Part shown: in pieces, positions 1 to 9,048 of the stretch
Position numbering within the stretch: position 1 is the stretch's first letter
Layout: each line of letters opens with the position of its first letter
NCBI GenBank assembly: GCA_964531095.1
Contig: CAZHED010000005.1
Location: 157,476-189,475, forward strand
DNA: 32,000 nt
Origin: an uncultured Polyangiaceae bacterium
GTDB taxonomy: Bacteria; Myxococcota_A; Polyangia; Polyangiales; Polyangiaceae
Direction of reading: 5' to 3'
Notes under the pieces: generated by a model
Told to the model about the DNA's origin: nothing
The model's input: the letters and a program-made list of their open reading frames with translations, nothing else
Databases searched by the model: none
Made by a program: the position numbers and the translations under genes

Positions 1-54
1 GAATCGAGCACCAGTTGTCCTCTGGCGCGGTTTGTCGATCAGGGGGCGCAGCGC

Positions 55-366
55 TCACTGTGGCGCAGGGATTCTCGGATCGGGAGGTGGCAGTACCGGA
101 CGGCCAGGGTCGCGCTGCGCAGGCGGGCTGGGGAGCCCCTCCTCCTCCGCGCACTGGACTCCACCGTTGAATCCGGCAACGGACCCGCAGACGTAGGTGG
201 TCTCTTTGTCGCATCCGCGCACGCGGTAGAGCGAGCCTCCTTCGAGGTCGACCGTCACGTTGCCCTCCGGGCAGCTCTGCTCCTTGGCGAAGCGGGTTCG
301 GACGACGCTTGTGGTGCTGACACACGAGGTGAGGAGAACAGCAGCGAGGGGGGCGAGGCGACCCAC
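55..366 (-). CDS. small putative lipoprotein with Pro-rich tail (hypothetical)
   Basis: 103-codon ORF with GTG start. The N-terminus MGRLAPLAAVLLTSC looks like a short signal peptide with a lipobox-like LTSC. It has 4 further Cys and the tail PSPPAQRDPGRPVLPPPDPRIPAP. No family recognised and no clear RBS. Confidence 0.4.
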   Translation of the reverse strand: MGRLAPLAAVLLTSCVSTTSVVRTRFAKEQSCPEGNVTVDLEGGSLYRVRGCDKETTYVCGSVAGFNGGVQCAEEEGLPSPPAQRDPGRPVLPPPDPRIPAPQ

Positions 367-453
367 GGTCGGATGAGTCGATCACAGGGTCGCGCGCGGG
401 TCCACCCGGACCTTGTCGGGGCGATGACGGCTCGGCTTCGCTGCCGGGTCGCT

Positions 454-1080
454 TCAACCGCGAGTGAGCCCGCGCTCCTCTCGGACGGCGGCGTTGCGCG
501 CTTCGGCGCGCTGCCACGCCGGGCGCCTCGCCAGACGTTCGGCGTAGGCGGTGAAGGCGGGACGGGGCTCCACCATCTTGAAAGCGAGCATGTATCGCAG
601 CGTCCCGCCGAAGATGAGGTCGGCCATCGAGAAGGTATCGCCGAGGACGAACTCGCGGCCGGCGACGGCGCTCTCCATCGAAGCGATCATAGCCTCATGC
701 GAACCCCAGCCCGCCGCCGATTCTTTGAATGCCCAGCCCGCCGCCTTCGCCATCGCCCCCGGCTCGATCACCGACGGCGCGAAGAGAGACCATCGGAGGT
801 ACGTCCCGCGCTGCGGATCGTCGACTCGCGGGGCGAGCCGCCCGTACGCGTACCGATCGCCCAGGTAGAGGGCGATGGCGGCCGCCTCTGTCACGACGAT
901 CTCGCCGTCGACGAGAATGGGCAACTTGCCCATCGGGTTGAGCGCGAGGATCGCCGACGCCTTGTGGGCGCCGGCCATGAGGTCCACGTAGCGCAGCTCG
1001 TACGGGACGCCGACCTCCTCGAGCGTCCAAACCACGTTGGCGGCGCGAGAGAAGGGGTGATGGTAGAGAACGAGGGCCAT
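454..1080 (-). CDS. glutathione S-transferase
   Basis: ORF 454..1104. MALVLYHHPFSRAANVVWTLEEVGVPYEL...NPMGKLPILVDGEIVVTEAAAIALYLGDRY is a typical thioredoxin-like GST N-domain, followed by a helical C-domain. Start set at ATG 1080, which aligns with GST N-termini. Confidence 0.85.
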   Translation of the reverse strand: MALVLYHHPFSRAANVVWTLEEVGVPYELRYVDLMAGAHKASAILALNPMGKLPILVDGEIVVTEAAAIALYLGDRYAYGRLAPRVDDPQRGTYLRWSLFAPSVIEPGAMAKAAGWAFKESAAGWGSHEAMIASMESAVAGREFVLGDTFSMADLIFGGTLRYMLAFKMVEPRPAFTAYAERLARRPAWQRAEARNAAVREERGLTRG

Positions 1081-1377
1081 GGTGTGAGGCGAACTATGTA
1101 GCATAATGACGTGCCGGCAGCCGACCCAGCTTCTACCGCGGCGACGGCTGACGGTGAGGCGCGAACCACGTCGCGAAGCCCGCCAAAGGGAGAATCGGAG
1201 CGAGTCCCGATAGGCGCGGAATTCGGAGTCGCTCGATTGTCGCGCTGCATTCGCGACCTCGGGACTTGTCGGTGCAACTGCGATGCCGCAGAACTAAAAC
1301 GGTGGACGCGATATCTTTGACCAACTCGATCGCTGAATCGATTTGACAGATTGGGGTGTCGGCCCAAAGTTAGGGAG

Positions 1378-1599
1378 ATGGCCGATAGGACCCCGCTCTA
1401 CCTGAAACTGGCTTACCAAGAGTGGTTCGACCAGCACCCGGAGGCTCGGATGGAGATCGCAACTACCACCGTGCGGCAGCAAAAGCTGCCGGGCAGCCCG
1501 GCCGCATACGTCAAGAATACGCCCGGCGGAGAGGTACAGATCACCAAGGAAGAATTCGATGCCCGTTATTGGGCACGCGAGTATGCCCCCTTCGTTTGA
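1378..1599 (+). CDS. hypothetical small protein (73 aa)
   Basis: ORF 1351..1599 (TTG); an internal ATG at 1378 directly follows AGGGAG. Amino-acid composition is natural (MADRTPLYLKLAYQEWFDQHPEARMEIA...). Local GC is lower than the flanks. No family recognised. Confidence 0.4.
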   Translation: MADRTPLYLKLAYQEWFDQHPEARMEIATTTVRQQKLPGSPAAYVKNTPGGEVQITKEEFDARYWAREYAPFV

Positions 1600-1644
1600 C
1601 CAGAAGTGCACCACCCGTGACGATGAGAAAGAGGCGGGCCGTCC

Positions 1645-2139
1645 CTAGCGACGGTGCCGCGGATCGTCCCGCGCGCCTGCGGACTGGTTCACCGCGGTTT
1701 GCGTCACGTCTCGCAGACGCTCGGCCAACGCGTGGACGTCGAGATCGTTGAGATCCTTGTCGACGGTCGCCACGAGGTGCTTCTCGAGCTCGCCCGTGAG
1801 CTCTTTTCTCATCAGCCCGAGGAAGTGCGGTGGCGCCACGAGGATCCATTTCCCGAATCGCGCCGCGCGCATGGCCTGGTCGAGCGTCGTCGCCAGCGAA
1901 TGCGCGAAGTGCTCCTTCTCGTTGTCTTTGGGCGAAGAGCCCGGCGCAAGTGCGTTGTGGTGAACCGACGCACCCTCGGAGGAGCGGCTGCCGGACCTGT
2001 CACCCACGAGATCGCTCGCCTTGCTTCGCGAGCCTGCGTGCATCACGAGCTCGACAACGTGCCAGGACGGGTCCCCGTTCCGGACCTCAAACAGACGAGC
2101 CTTCGCCGCGTCGCAAACCAGGACCCATAGGGGACTCAT
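1645..2139 (-). CDS. host-attachment-protein family protein
   Basis: ORF 1645..2157. MSPLWVLVCDAAKARLFEV...GKWILVAPPHFLGLMRKELTGELEKHLVATVDKDLNDL fits the Host_attach (PF10116) pattern as I remember it. Start set at ATG 2139. Confidence 0.7.
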   Translation of the reverse strand: MSPLWVLVCDAAKARLFEVRNGDPSWHVVELVMHAGSRSKASDLVGDRSGSRSSEGASVHHNALAPGSSPKDNEKEHFAHSLATTLDQAMRAARFGKWILVAPPHFLGLMRKELTGELEKHLVATVDKDLNDLDVHALAERLRDVTQTAVNQSAGARDDPRHRR

Positions 2140-2207
2140 CGTCTTTCGACGATGCACGAAGCACGCCGACGAGTCGTGGCCGAGGGCCTTCCCCTGACCG
2201 GCACCCC

Positions 2208-2912
2208 CTACCGCTCGTCTAGGTCCTGCGAAAGCTCCGCGATCACGGCGCCCGGATCGACCGCGTTCGACATGGCGTCGGCCAGGGCATCCTTTCGGTC
2301 CAGCACATTTGGCAGATCGCGTCGAAGCTCTTCGATGAGGGCGATCAGCTTGGCAACCTTTTGCTCGGCGAGCAGGTTCACTTGTAGGTCCAGGTGCGAT
2401 CGCTGCTCAGCGTCCTTCGCCTGGCGGTTCTGCGTCGTGAGCACCATCGTCGTCATCAGGAGGGCGGCGACGCCGACCATCCCCTGCAAGCGATTGAAGG
2501 GCGGTGGGTCCAAAACCGGCCACGAAAAGGTTGGAGCGGCGAGGTTGAACGCGACCCAGGCCGATGCAATCAAAAGCATGAAATAGATGCTGAGGGCCCT
2601 TCCGAGGGCAAGGTTGACCCGTTCGATGAACCGTTGGTGGCGCCCCATCCCCTCGTGCTGGCGGGCCCGGAAGGCAATCACCGCCTGCGTGGCGAGCTGA
2701 TTTTCCGTAGACGGCACGCCAATCGCCGCTGCGACATGCCCGCCATCGGGGGTGATTGGCAACCTCTCCCGTGCGCCGTGGTCAGGTGGGATCACTGCGC
2801 CTCCCTGCGATGGGGTGCACCCCTCGTGCCCGCACGCGTTCCGCCGCGAATGCTCGAAAAGCGAGCCAAGCGACAGGAATCGACGCTTGGAATTCTCGCT
2901 TTGCTTTTGCAA
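2208..2912 (-). CDS. DUF1003-type membrane protein
   Basis: Two TM segments (SIYFMLLIASAWVAFNL and MVGVAALLMTTMVL) are followed by TTQNRQAKDAEQRSHLDLQVNLLAEQKVAKLIALIEEL. That is the QNRQ motif plus coiled tail of DUF1003 proteins. The start is uncertain; alternatives run down to ATG 2648. Confidence 0.65.
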   Translation of the reverse strand: MQKQSENSKRRFLSLGSLFEHSRRNACGHEGCTPSQGGAVIPPDHGARERLPITPDGGHVAAAIGVPSTENQLATQAVIAFRARQHEGMGRHQRFIERVNLALGRALSIYFMLLIASAWVAFNLAAPTFSWPVLDPPPFNRLQGMVGVAALLMTTMVLTTQNRQAKDAEQRSHLDLQVNLLAEQKVAKLIALIEELRRDLPNVLDRKDALADAMSNAVDPGAVIAELSQDLDER

Positions 2913-2972
2913 AACGAATGCGAGAGAAAACTCAGGCGTTGCGCATCCCCGTTTGCTTTGCGTTTGCGGCGA

Positions 2973-2996
2973 GGCCGGGGGTCGGCCAGCCCGGCC
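2973..2996 (-). terminator. GC-rich stem-loop downstream of MFS gene (possible terminator)
   Basis: GGCCGGG-N10-CCCGGCC lies 21-44 nt after the MFS stop codon on the minus strand. There is no U-tract, so this is weak. Confidence 0.3.
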
Positions 2997-3016
2997 TTCT
3001 GCTTCACATCTTGGCC

Positions 3017-4444
3017 TCAGCCTGTAGACGGCGCCGATTGGTGCCTGCTCACGCTATCGCCGTCTTGCGGTCGCAGCTCGCCGAAGACGCAAGCCGATAC
3101 AACCGTCAGGCCGCCGAGCAGGAGGAACGCGAGGTGGATGCCGTGGATCATCTCGGCTGGACTGGAGCGGAATCGGTCCGGTATGAAGACCGCGGTCGTG
3201 AGCGAGGCAGCGGCCACCCCGAAGCTCATCGACATTTGCTGCATCGTGCTGGCAATGGTGCTCGCCATGCTTTCGTCCGCCTGTTGGACATCGGCATATA
3301 CCAGCGTGTTCATGCATGTGAACTGCAAAGACGAGAGGAACCCAAAGGACAATGCCTGCAGCCCGATGACAACGACGGACGTGAGCGATCCGATCGTGGC
3401 GAATAGCGCGATGAGCAGGCCCAGCGAGATTGTGTTCGCAAGGAGCACGCGACGGTAGCCGAACCTCGTCAGGATGCGCGGCACGCTCGCCTTCAGACTG
3501 ATGGCGGCGATCGACTGAGGCAAGATGAGAAGACCGGATTGGATTGCCGAGTATCCGAGGCCTACCTGGTAGAGAAGCGGAAGGAGAAACGGCATTCCAC
3601 CCACCCCGATGCGGGTGAAGAAGCTGCCCGTGACCGCGATGCGAAGCGTCCGGATGCGAAAGAGTCCGAGCCGCAGCAAGGGGCGCGCCGATTGAGTCGC
3701 GTGCCACCCGTAGGCGAGAAGCAGCGCGATCGCGAGGGCGGAGAGGACGACGATCTGTTCTCCGCGCAGGGTGTGCTCGCCGAAGACCTCCAGGACGTAC
3801 GACAGCAGCGCGACGCCGGACCCGAAGAGGACCAGCCCCGTCCAGTCGAGTGGGTCGGTCTTCGCGGCGCGATAGTCGGGTAGATGGCGGAAGACGAGGA
3901 AGAGCCCGACCGCCCCGATCGGGAGGTTCACGAAGAAGATCACCCGCCAGTGGAACAGCCCGACGATGAGTCCTCCCGCCAAGGGACCAATCATCGGACC
4001 TACGAGGCCGGGAATGGCGACGAAGCTCATTGCCCGAACCAGCTCCGACCGGGCGAAGGCGTGAACCATGGTCAGCCGGCCAACGGGAACCATCATCGCT
4101 CCGCCGCAGCCCTGGAGAATGCGACAGGCAACGAGGACGTGAATGTTGCTGGAGATCCCGCACAGAAGCGAGCCCAACGTGAAAAGGCCTATCGCAGAAG
4201 AAAAGACTTTGCGAGTTCCGAATCGATCGGCGACCCACCCGCTCACGGGGATGAAGACCGCGAGGCTCAGCGTGTAGCTCGTGAGCACGGACTTCGTGCT
4301 CAGCGGTACGACGTGCAGCGCGGCCGCCATCGCCGGGAGGGCGGTGTTCAAGATCGTGGTGTCGAGCGATTCCATGAAGAACGCGACCGCGACCAGCCAC
4401 GGGAGCATGCGCTTCACGGACTCGCTGGGAGATGTATCCGGCAT
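3017..4444 (-). CDS. MFS transporter, DHA2 (EmrB/QacA-like) drug:H+ antiporter family
   Basis: 475 aa, hydrophobic throughout with about 14 TM helices. MLPWLVAVAFFMESLDTTILNTALPAMAAAL and VADRFGTRKVF are typical DHA2 N-terminal motifs. Confidence 0.9.
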   Translation of the reverse strand: MPDTSPSESVKRMLPWLVAVAFFMESLDTTILNTALPAMAAALHVVPLSTKSVLTSYTLSLAVFIPVSGWVADRFGTRKVFSSAIGLFTLGSLLCGISSNIHVLVACRILQGCGGAMMVPVGRLTMVHAFARSELVRAMSFVAIPGLVGPMIGPLAGGLIVGLFHWRVIFFVNLPIGAVGLFLVFRHLPDYRAAKTDPLDWTGLVLFGSGVALLSYVLEVFGEHTLRGEQIVVLSALAIALLLAYGWHATQSARPLLRLGLFRIRTLRIAVTGSFFTRIGVGGMPFLLPLLYQVGLGYSAIQSGLLILPQSIAAISLKASVPRILTRFGYRRVLLANTISLGLLIALFATIGSLTSVVVIGLQALSFGFLSSLQFTCMNTLVYADVQQADESMASTIASTMQQMSMSFGVAAASLTTAVFIPDRFRSSPAEMIHGIHLAFLLLGGLTVVSACVFGELRPQDGDSVSRHQSAPSTG

Positions 4445-4492
4445 GCCCGGGAGAGTAGCCGTTGGTCGGTGGCAGGGGACGCCGACCGAAAT

Positions 4493-5365
4493 CTACGCGA
4501 GCTCGAAGTCCGCTTCGGCTGTGATGTACGGAACGTATCGGAAATCACGAATGGACTTCACGCGGCCGTCTTCGAACTCGAGCAAGACGAAGTACGCTGG
4601 CCTCTCTGCTCCAGCGACGTACACCCCGAACGCTAGCTGCCCTTCCAGGCGCACCACACGGAGCGCCACGTCCTCCTTCTCGTAGCGCCCGAAATACGCG
4701 CCAACCTGCTTGCCACGGCGCTGCGACTTGGACACGAGATCGAGCCGGCAGTCGTCGGCCACCAAGCTACGGACGCCGTCCCAGTCGCGCGCGTTGAAGA
4801 GTCGCGCATACCGATCCAGCTCGACACGGGTCGCCACGGCTATCTCCACCTGATCACGCTCGAGAGCCCGGAGTCTTCGCCGCCCGCGAACCAGGGCGGC
4901 CTTCACCGTCGTGACGCTGGTCCCCATCGTCTCCGCCGTTTCCTCGAGCGAGTGTCCGAGGACATCCTTCAAGATAATCGCGCTCCGCTGCGTCACGGGA
5001 AGCGAAAGGAAGCGCACGAGCGCCGCGCGAACGACAGCGGGATCGGGCTGTTCGTCGAAGCCGACGACGTCCTCCATGTCCGCGGTCACGTCGGTGTACT
5101 TCTTTCCATGGCTCTTCAAGAAATCGACCGCGGCGTTGTGTGCGATGCGGAACAGCCACGGCCGCAGAGGAGGCACGTCCGAGGAAAGGCTCAGGGCGTA
5201 GAAGGCCTTTGCCAGCGTGTCCTGAACGATGTCCTCGCCTTCGATGACCGAGCCGCTCAAGCGCGCACAGTAGCGATGGAGCTCGGGCCGCACGCCGGCG
5301 ACGATGGCGAGAAACTCCTCGCGCGCAGCCGCAATGGTCGACGGTGCCTGAGTCACGCACAGCAC
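4493..5365 (-). CDS. ECF sigma factor with C-terminal SnoaL/NTF2-like extension (ECF41/SigJ-type)
   Basis: Region 2 is present (EDIVQDTLAKAF, PWLFRIAHNAAVDFLK). Region 4 is present (LPVTQRSAIILKDVLGHSLEETAETMGTSVTTVKAALVRGRRRL). A C-terminal domain of about 110 aa follows (YARLFNARDWDGVRSLVADDCRLD...). GTG start, with an alternative GTG at 5356. No anti-sigma gene is adjacent. Confidence 0.85.
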   Translation of the reverse strand: MLCVTQAPSTIAAAREEFLAIVAGVRPELHRYCARLSGSVIEGEDIVQDTLAKAFYALSLSSDVPPLRPWLFRIAHNAAVDFLKSHGKKYTDVTADMEDVVGFDEQPDPAVVRAALVRFLSLPVTQRSAIILKDVLGHSLEETAETMGTSVTTVKAALVRGRRRLRALERDQVEIAVATRVELDRYARLFNARDWDGVRSLVADDCRLDLVSKSQRRGKQVGAYFGRYEKEDVALRVVRLEGQLAFGVYVAGAERPAYFVLLEFEDGRVKSIRDFRYVPYITAEADFELA

Positions 5366-5404
5366 CCTACCACGCCCTTTTTCACGGTTCCCCGGGGCAG
5401 GCCG

Positions 5405-5875
5405 TCACGAGACCCGCGCCTCCGCGGCACGCTTGAGATCCTCGGCGTACGCCTCGAACACGGGCGCGAAGTCCGGTAGCGAACTCTTGATCATCGGAAG
5501 CATTAAGCCCGAGAGCTCCTCCCTCATCGAGAATTCGGTCGAACCGTCGGGCTTCGGCGTGAGCAGAAAGGTGCGAACCCCCTTGAACATCGGCGCCATT
5601 CCGTCGCTCCAGATCATCGAGCGACCTGGCTGCACGGCCAACACTTTGGGCTTGAACGTGCGCTGCGGCGCGCTCGGCACCTTCAGCTTCAGCGTGTGTC
5701 CCTCGGCGATCCGTCCTTCGATGCTCGTTACCGTAGAGTTCCAGCGCGGGAACGCCTCTGCATCGGTCAACAGTGCCCAGACACGGTCCGGGCTCGCCTT
5801 GATAGTCGTGCGAATCGCGCAGTCCATTCGGAACGCGCCCATCGTCTTGGTGGCCTTGGCTTTGGTGGTCTCCAT
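5405..5875 (-). CDS. SRPBCC (START/Bet v1-like) family protein
   Basis: ORF 5405..6025. Start set at ATG 5875, which has GAGGAG just upstream and avoids overlap with the upstream gene. IKASPDRVWALLTDAEAFPRWNS is a polyketide_cyc2/SRPBCC-type signature. Confidence 0.8.
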   Translation of the reverse strand: METTKAKATKTMGAFRMDCAIRTTIKASPDRVWALLTDAEAFPRWNSTVTSIEGRIAEGHTLKLKVPSAPQRTFKPKVLAVQPGRSMIWSDGMAPMFKGVRTFLLTPKPDGSTEFSMREELSGLMLPMIKSSLPDFAPVFEAYAEDLKRAAEARVS

Positions 5876-5928
5876 GATCTCCTCGACCTGACGACGATTG
5901 GATCGATGCAAAGGATGCGCGGGCGACG

Positions 5929-6792
5929 TCACTTCGTCCCGACCGCCAAGACCAGCTCGCACGGCCCGACGAAGCCGGCCTGACCGTCCTCGAAGTTCCG
6001 GAGGGCCGCTTTGACCTCGGCCCACGCGGCGTCACGTCCGGCCGGATCGAGCGACGAGAGCATTTGATGAAGCGCGCCGAAGGACTCCTTCTGGAGGCCA
6101 AGGCACTCGTCGGCCGACTTCATGCGAAGCGGGGCAGCGATTGACTCCACCTTCACGTCGCGGAACCCCGCTCGCACGAAGGCCTGTTCGAGCACGCCCT
6201 CGCCGCCAAGACTGAACGGACCGGGCTGCCCGACGAGGGGCGGCCCGAGCTTGGCGTGTCGACGGACGATCGAAACAGGTACGCTGAAAAACCCGTTCTT
6301 GTCCGCCGTCGCGTAGACGATCGCGGCGACGCGACCCCCCGGCACGAGCACGCGACGCATCTCCGACAGCGCCTTCTGCTGGTCCGGAAAGTAGATGAGG
6401 CCAACGCGTGAGATGACGACGTCGAAGGACTCATCGCTCAAGTCGAGTCTCTCGCCGTCCATGGGGCGGGTATCGACATTCGTATGCCCCGCACGCTTGG
6501 CCTCCGCGGCCGCGAAAGCGAGGATCGCCGGCGAAATATCGGTCGCGAGCACGCTGCCACCCGGGCCGACGCGGGCGGCGGTTTGAAGCGTCTGATCGCC
6601 CGCGCCCGCGGCGACGTCGAGCACGCGGCACCCCGACGCTACCAGGGCGAGATCGAGCATTCGCTCGGTGGCGGGTCCGAGCCAGGTTCGGAGGGTCGTT
6701 CCCCACCTGTGCCACGCCTCCGCCGCCGTGTCCCACTGGTCTCGTGTCGTTCGCTTGTAGGCGATGGGGTCGAAGCTCGTCTGGGTCGTCAT
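5929..6792 (-). CDS. class I SAM-dependent methyltransferase
   Basis: Motif I is VLDVAAGAGDQTL, with VLVPGGRVAAIVY downstream. A GGGAG RBS lies about 7 nt upstream of the ATG. Confidence 0.85.
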   Translation of the reverse strand: MTTQTSFDPIAYKRTTRDQWDTAAEAWHRWGTTLRTWLGPATERMLDLALVASGCRVLDVAAGAGDQTLQTAARVGPGGSVLATDISPAILAFAAAEAKRAGHTNVDTRPMDGERLDLSDESFDVVISRVGLIYFPDQQKALSEMRRVLVPGGRVAAIVYATADKNGFFSVPVSIVRRHAKLGPPLVGQPGPFSLGGEGVLEQAFVRAGFRDVKVESIAAPLRMKSADECLGLQKESFGALHQMLSSLDPAGRDAAWAEVKAALRNFEDGQAGFVGPCELVLAVGTK

Positions 6793-6863
6793 GATCGTTC
6801 TCCCTCGTGCTGTTCTCGTGTCCGGAGTGATCTACGCCCGACCCAAGACGGCCGGTGCTGGCG

Positions 6864-6887
6864 AGTGCTCAACGGGGGTTGAGCGCT
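6864..6887 (-). terminator. stem-loop after LysR gene (possible terminator)
   Basis: On the minus strand: AGCGCTCAAC-CCCC-GTTGAGCACT, a 7-bp perfect stem extendable to 10 bp with one mismatch. It lies 22-45 nt downstream of the LysR stop. No U-tract. Confidence 0.35.
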
Positions 6888-6908
6888 ATTCACACCTCGT
6901 CCGGATCG

Positions 6909-7859
6909 TCACCAGGTGCGCTGGCGGGGCCGTTCCTGGAGCCCAAAGTTTCGCGCGGTCTTCTTGACGAGGTTTCGAAGCCACGCGTGTGCAGGGTCTT
7001 CGTCGAAGCGCTCGTGCCAATAGGCTTCCTCCGGATACGTGGGAAGGTCGATCGGCGGGCGTAGGACCTGGAGCGGCACGAGCTCGGCGAAGTAGCGAAT
7101 GAGCATGCTAGGGCCCGTCAGGAGCAGATCGGAACGCGCGACGATCAGCGGCGCTGCCATGAAGTAGCGGACAGCGGCGGCGACGTGCCGCTTCTTCCCT
7201 AGCTTCGCGAGCGCCTGATCGATCCACGTCGGACCCGCATCATCGCCGAGCGTGATGAGCAGGTGTGGGGTCTCTACGTAGGAATCGAGATCGAGCACGC
7301 CGTCGATGCTCGGATGTCCTTTGCGCGCAGCGCAGGCAAAGCCCTCCGTACAGAGGTCCATCCGGCGAATGCCCGGCGCCTTGTCCACGATCGCGCCCAG
7401 TGCCAGATCCACCTCACCCGTCTCGAGAAGCCACGCGTTCCCGCGCCGCGCGCTCGGTACGATCTCCAGTGAAGTGTCCGGGGCCTCTCGCGCCGCGGCC
7501 TCGAGGAGCGGTGGCAAGAGCAGCGTCCCGAGGAAATCCGGAGCGGCAATGACAAAGCGACGCGCTGCAGTCGCCGGATCGAACGTGGTTCCACCTCGCA
7601 GGAGCCGCTCAGCGTCCATGAGCAAAGCGTGCAGCGGGCCGACGAGTGCCTCGGCGCGTGGGCTGAGCACCATCCCCCGGCCGGATCGAACGAGGAGCGG
7701 GTCGCCGAGAAGGGCACGCAGCTCCGAGAGGGAATGGCTCATCGCGGACGGCGTCACGCGAACCCGCTTGGCGGCGGCGGTCACGCTGCGTTGGCTGAGA
7801 AGCCCGTCGAGCGCGAGAAGAAGGTTCAGGTTGAAGTTCGCCAGATCGAGCCGCCTCAT
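6909..7859 (-). CDS. LysR-family transcriptional regulator
   Basis: N-terminal HTH LLLALDGLLSQRSVTAAAKRVRVTPSAMSHSLSELRALLGDPLLVR, followed by a LysR substrate-binding domain. 316 aa. Confidence 0.9.
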   Translation of the reverse strand: MRRLDLANFNLNLLLALDGLLSQRSVTAAAKRVRVTPSAMSHSLSELRALLGDPLLVRSGRGMVLSPRAEALVGPLHALLMDAERLLRGGTTFDPATAARRFVIAAPDFLGTLLLPPLLEAAAREAPDTSLEIVPSARRGNAWLLETGEVDLALGAIVDKAPGIRRMDLCTEGFACAARKGHPSIDGVLDLDSYVETPHLLITLGDDAGPTWIDQALAKLGKKRHVAAAVRYFMAAPLIVARSDLLLTGPSMLIRYFAELVPLQVLRPPIDLPTYPEEAYWHERFDEDPAHAWLRNLVKKTARNFGLQERPRQRTW

Positions 7860-8062
7860 CGCGCACGATCATCGCACGGTGCGGTCCGAATCAGGCCGGC
7901 GACCCACTCTTCTCAGAACCGGGACTGGGCCGAAGCCGCGACGCGGACACGGATTGCGCCCCGGCCAGGTCTCGGCAAGGGCGCGTCGATTCGTGCGATG
8001 CCTTCCGGCGGGCCGTACGATGCAGCCGCCATGGCTTTGATGTTCGAGCTCCCGTGCGCGCT

Positions 8063-8365
8063 TCAAGCATTCGAGTCGTAGGAGCCCACCGCGGAAAGCT
8101 CTGTGACGACCGGCGGCTCGACGCAGCGGTCTTTGAGGTCTTTTTGAAAGGCCTTGAACGATGGAAGGGCGGTGAGCGGGTTCTCGTCCGGCACCTCAAG
8201 CGTGGCAATGTGTACGAACGTCACCCTGTCCGGGAGTCGGTAACTCGCGTAGCGGAGGCCCTTGGGGGCGCGCGCCCGAAGCTCCTCGAAAACCGCACGC
8301 ACTAGGCTGGCATTCGTGTCGGAGTGCGTTTCCGAAGTCGTGTACCGCACCATTATCGTCTTCAT
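8063..8365 (-). CDS. small ferredoxin-fold (ABM/Dabb-like) protein
   Basis: 100 aa. MVRYTTSETHSDTNASLVRAVFEELRARAPKGLRYASYRL...FVHIATLE...VEPPVVTEL resembles small antibiotic-biosynthesis-monooxygenase-like proteins. The family call is from memory. Confidence 0.55.
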   Translation of the reverse strand: MKTIMVRYTTSETHSDTNASLVRAVFEELRARAPKGLRYASYRLPDRVTFVHIATLEVPDENPLTALPSFKAFQKDLKDRCVEPPVVTELSAVGSYDSNA

Positions 8366-8498
8366 AATCGGCCTCGCTTGGTCGGGTTCGCGATGTTCTC
8401 GACATGACGACGACCAAGCGGGACAAAAGGATGCGCCACATCGGGAACACTCTTGGCACGGCTCTCGCGCCGCGCTGAGGGACTGTGGTCGCGCGCGC

Positions 8499-8837
8499 TC
8501 ACGTGCCTGGCATCGGTATGTACTCGACGATCTCGATGGAGCCGTCCGGCATCATGAAATGAGGATGCCCTTTCAAGCTCTCGGCGAGCGCCTCCTTCGA
8601 GTCGGCCTGCATGATCGAGAATCCGCCGAGATCGTTGGTGGTGGGCGCGGCGCTGCCGCCCTTGGTGACGCGCACACTCTTTCCGAGGGGCGCCCCCATG
8701 TCGACGATCGACGCCGCTGCCTTCTTGCTCCAGGCCATCCATGCTTCCATTCCGGCCTTCTGCTGCTCCGGCGTGGCCTTCTTCATCTGCTCGAAGGCCG
8801 AGGTCGGTGCCTTGTAGAGAACGAGGAATTTTTTCAT
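8499..8837 (-). CDS. YciI-like dimeric alpha/beta-barrel small protein
   Basis: 112 aa with an AAGGAG RBS 6 nt upstream of the ATG. LGGFSIMQADSKEALAESLKGHPHF...GSIEIVE resembles the YciI-like core. Confidence 0.6.
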   Translation of the reverse strand: MKKFLVLYKAPTSAFEQMKKATPEQQKAGMEAWMAWSKKAAASIVDMGAPLGKSVRVTKGGSAAPTTNDLGGFSIMQADSKEALAESLKGHPHFMMPDGSIEIVEYIPMPGT

Positions 8838-9048
8838 GCGCGACTCCTTGGTGAGAACCGGGCTCGAGCGCCACCGTGGCGCGTCAGGCGACTGGCGACC
8901 CGATTACGCCCATCCGCCGCAATCTGCAATGGACCCCGGTCGGCGAGCGGAGGACTCATGAGTAAATTGCTCTGGATCGCCGGTCGGCGGCTCGTTGGCG
9001 CCTTCCATCCGCCACGGAGCGAAATCCCGACGCTCGGGGCCGCGTCGG

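Noticed and set aside
3054-4400. 448-aa alternative frame inside the DHA2 MFS gene
   Set aside because: It is on the same strand but out of frame and Arg/Pro-rich. The annotated frame gives about 14 hydrophobic helices.
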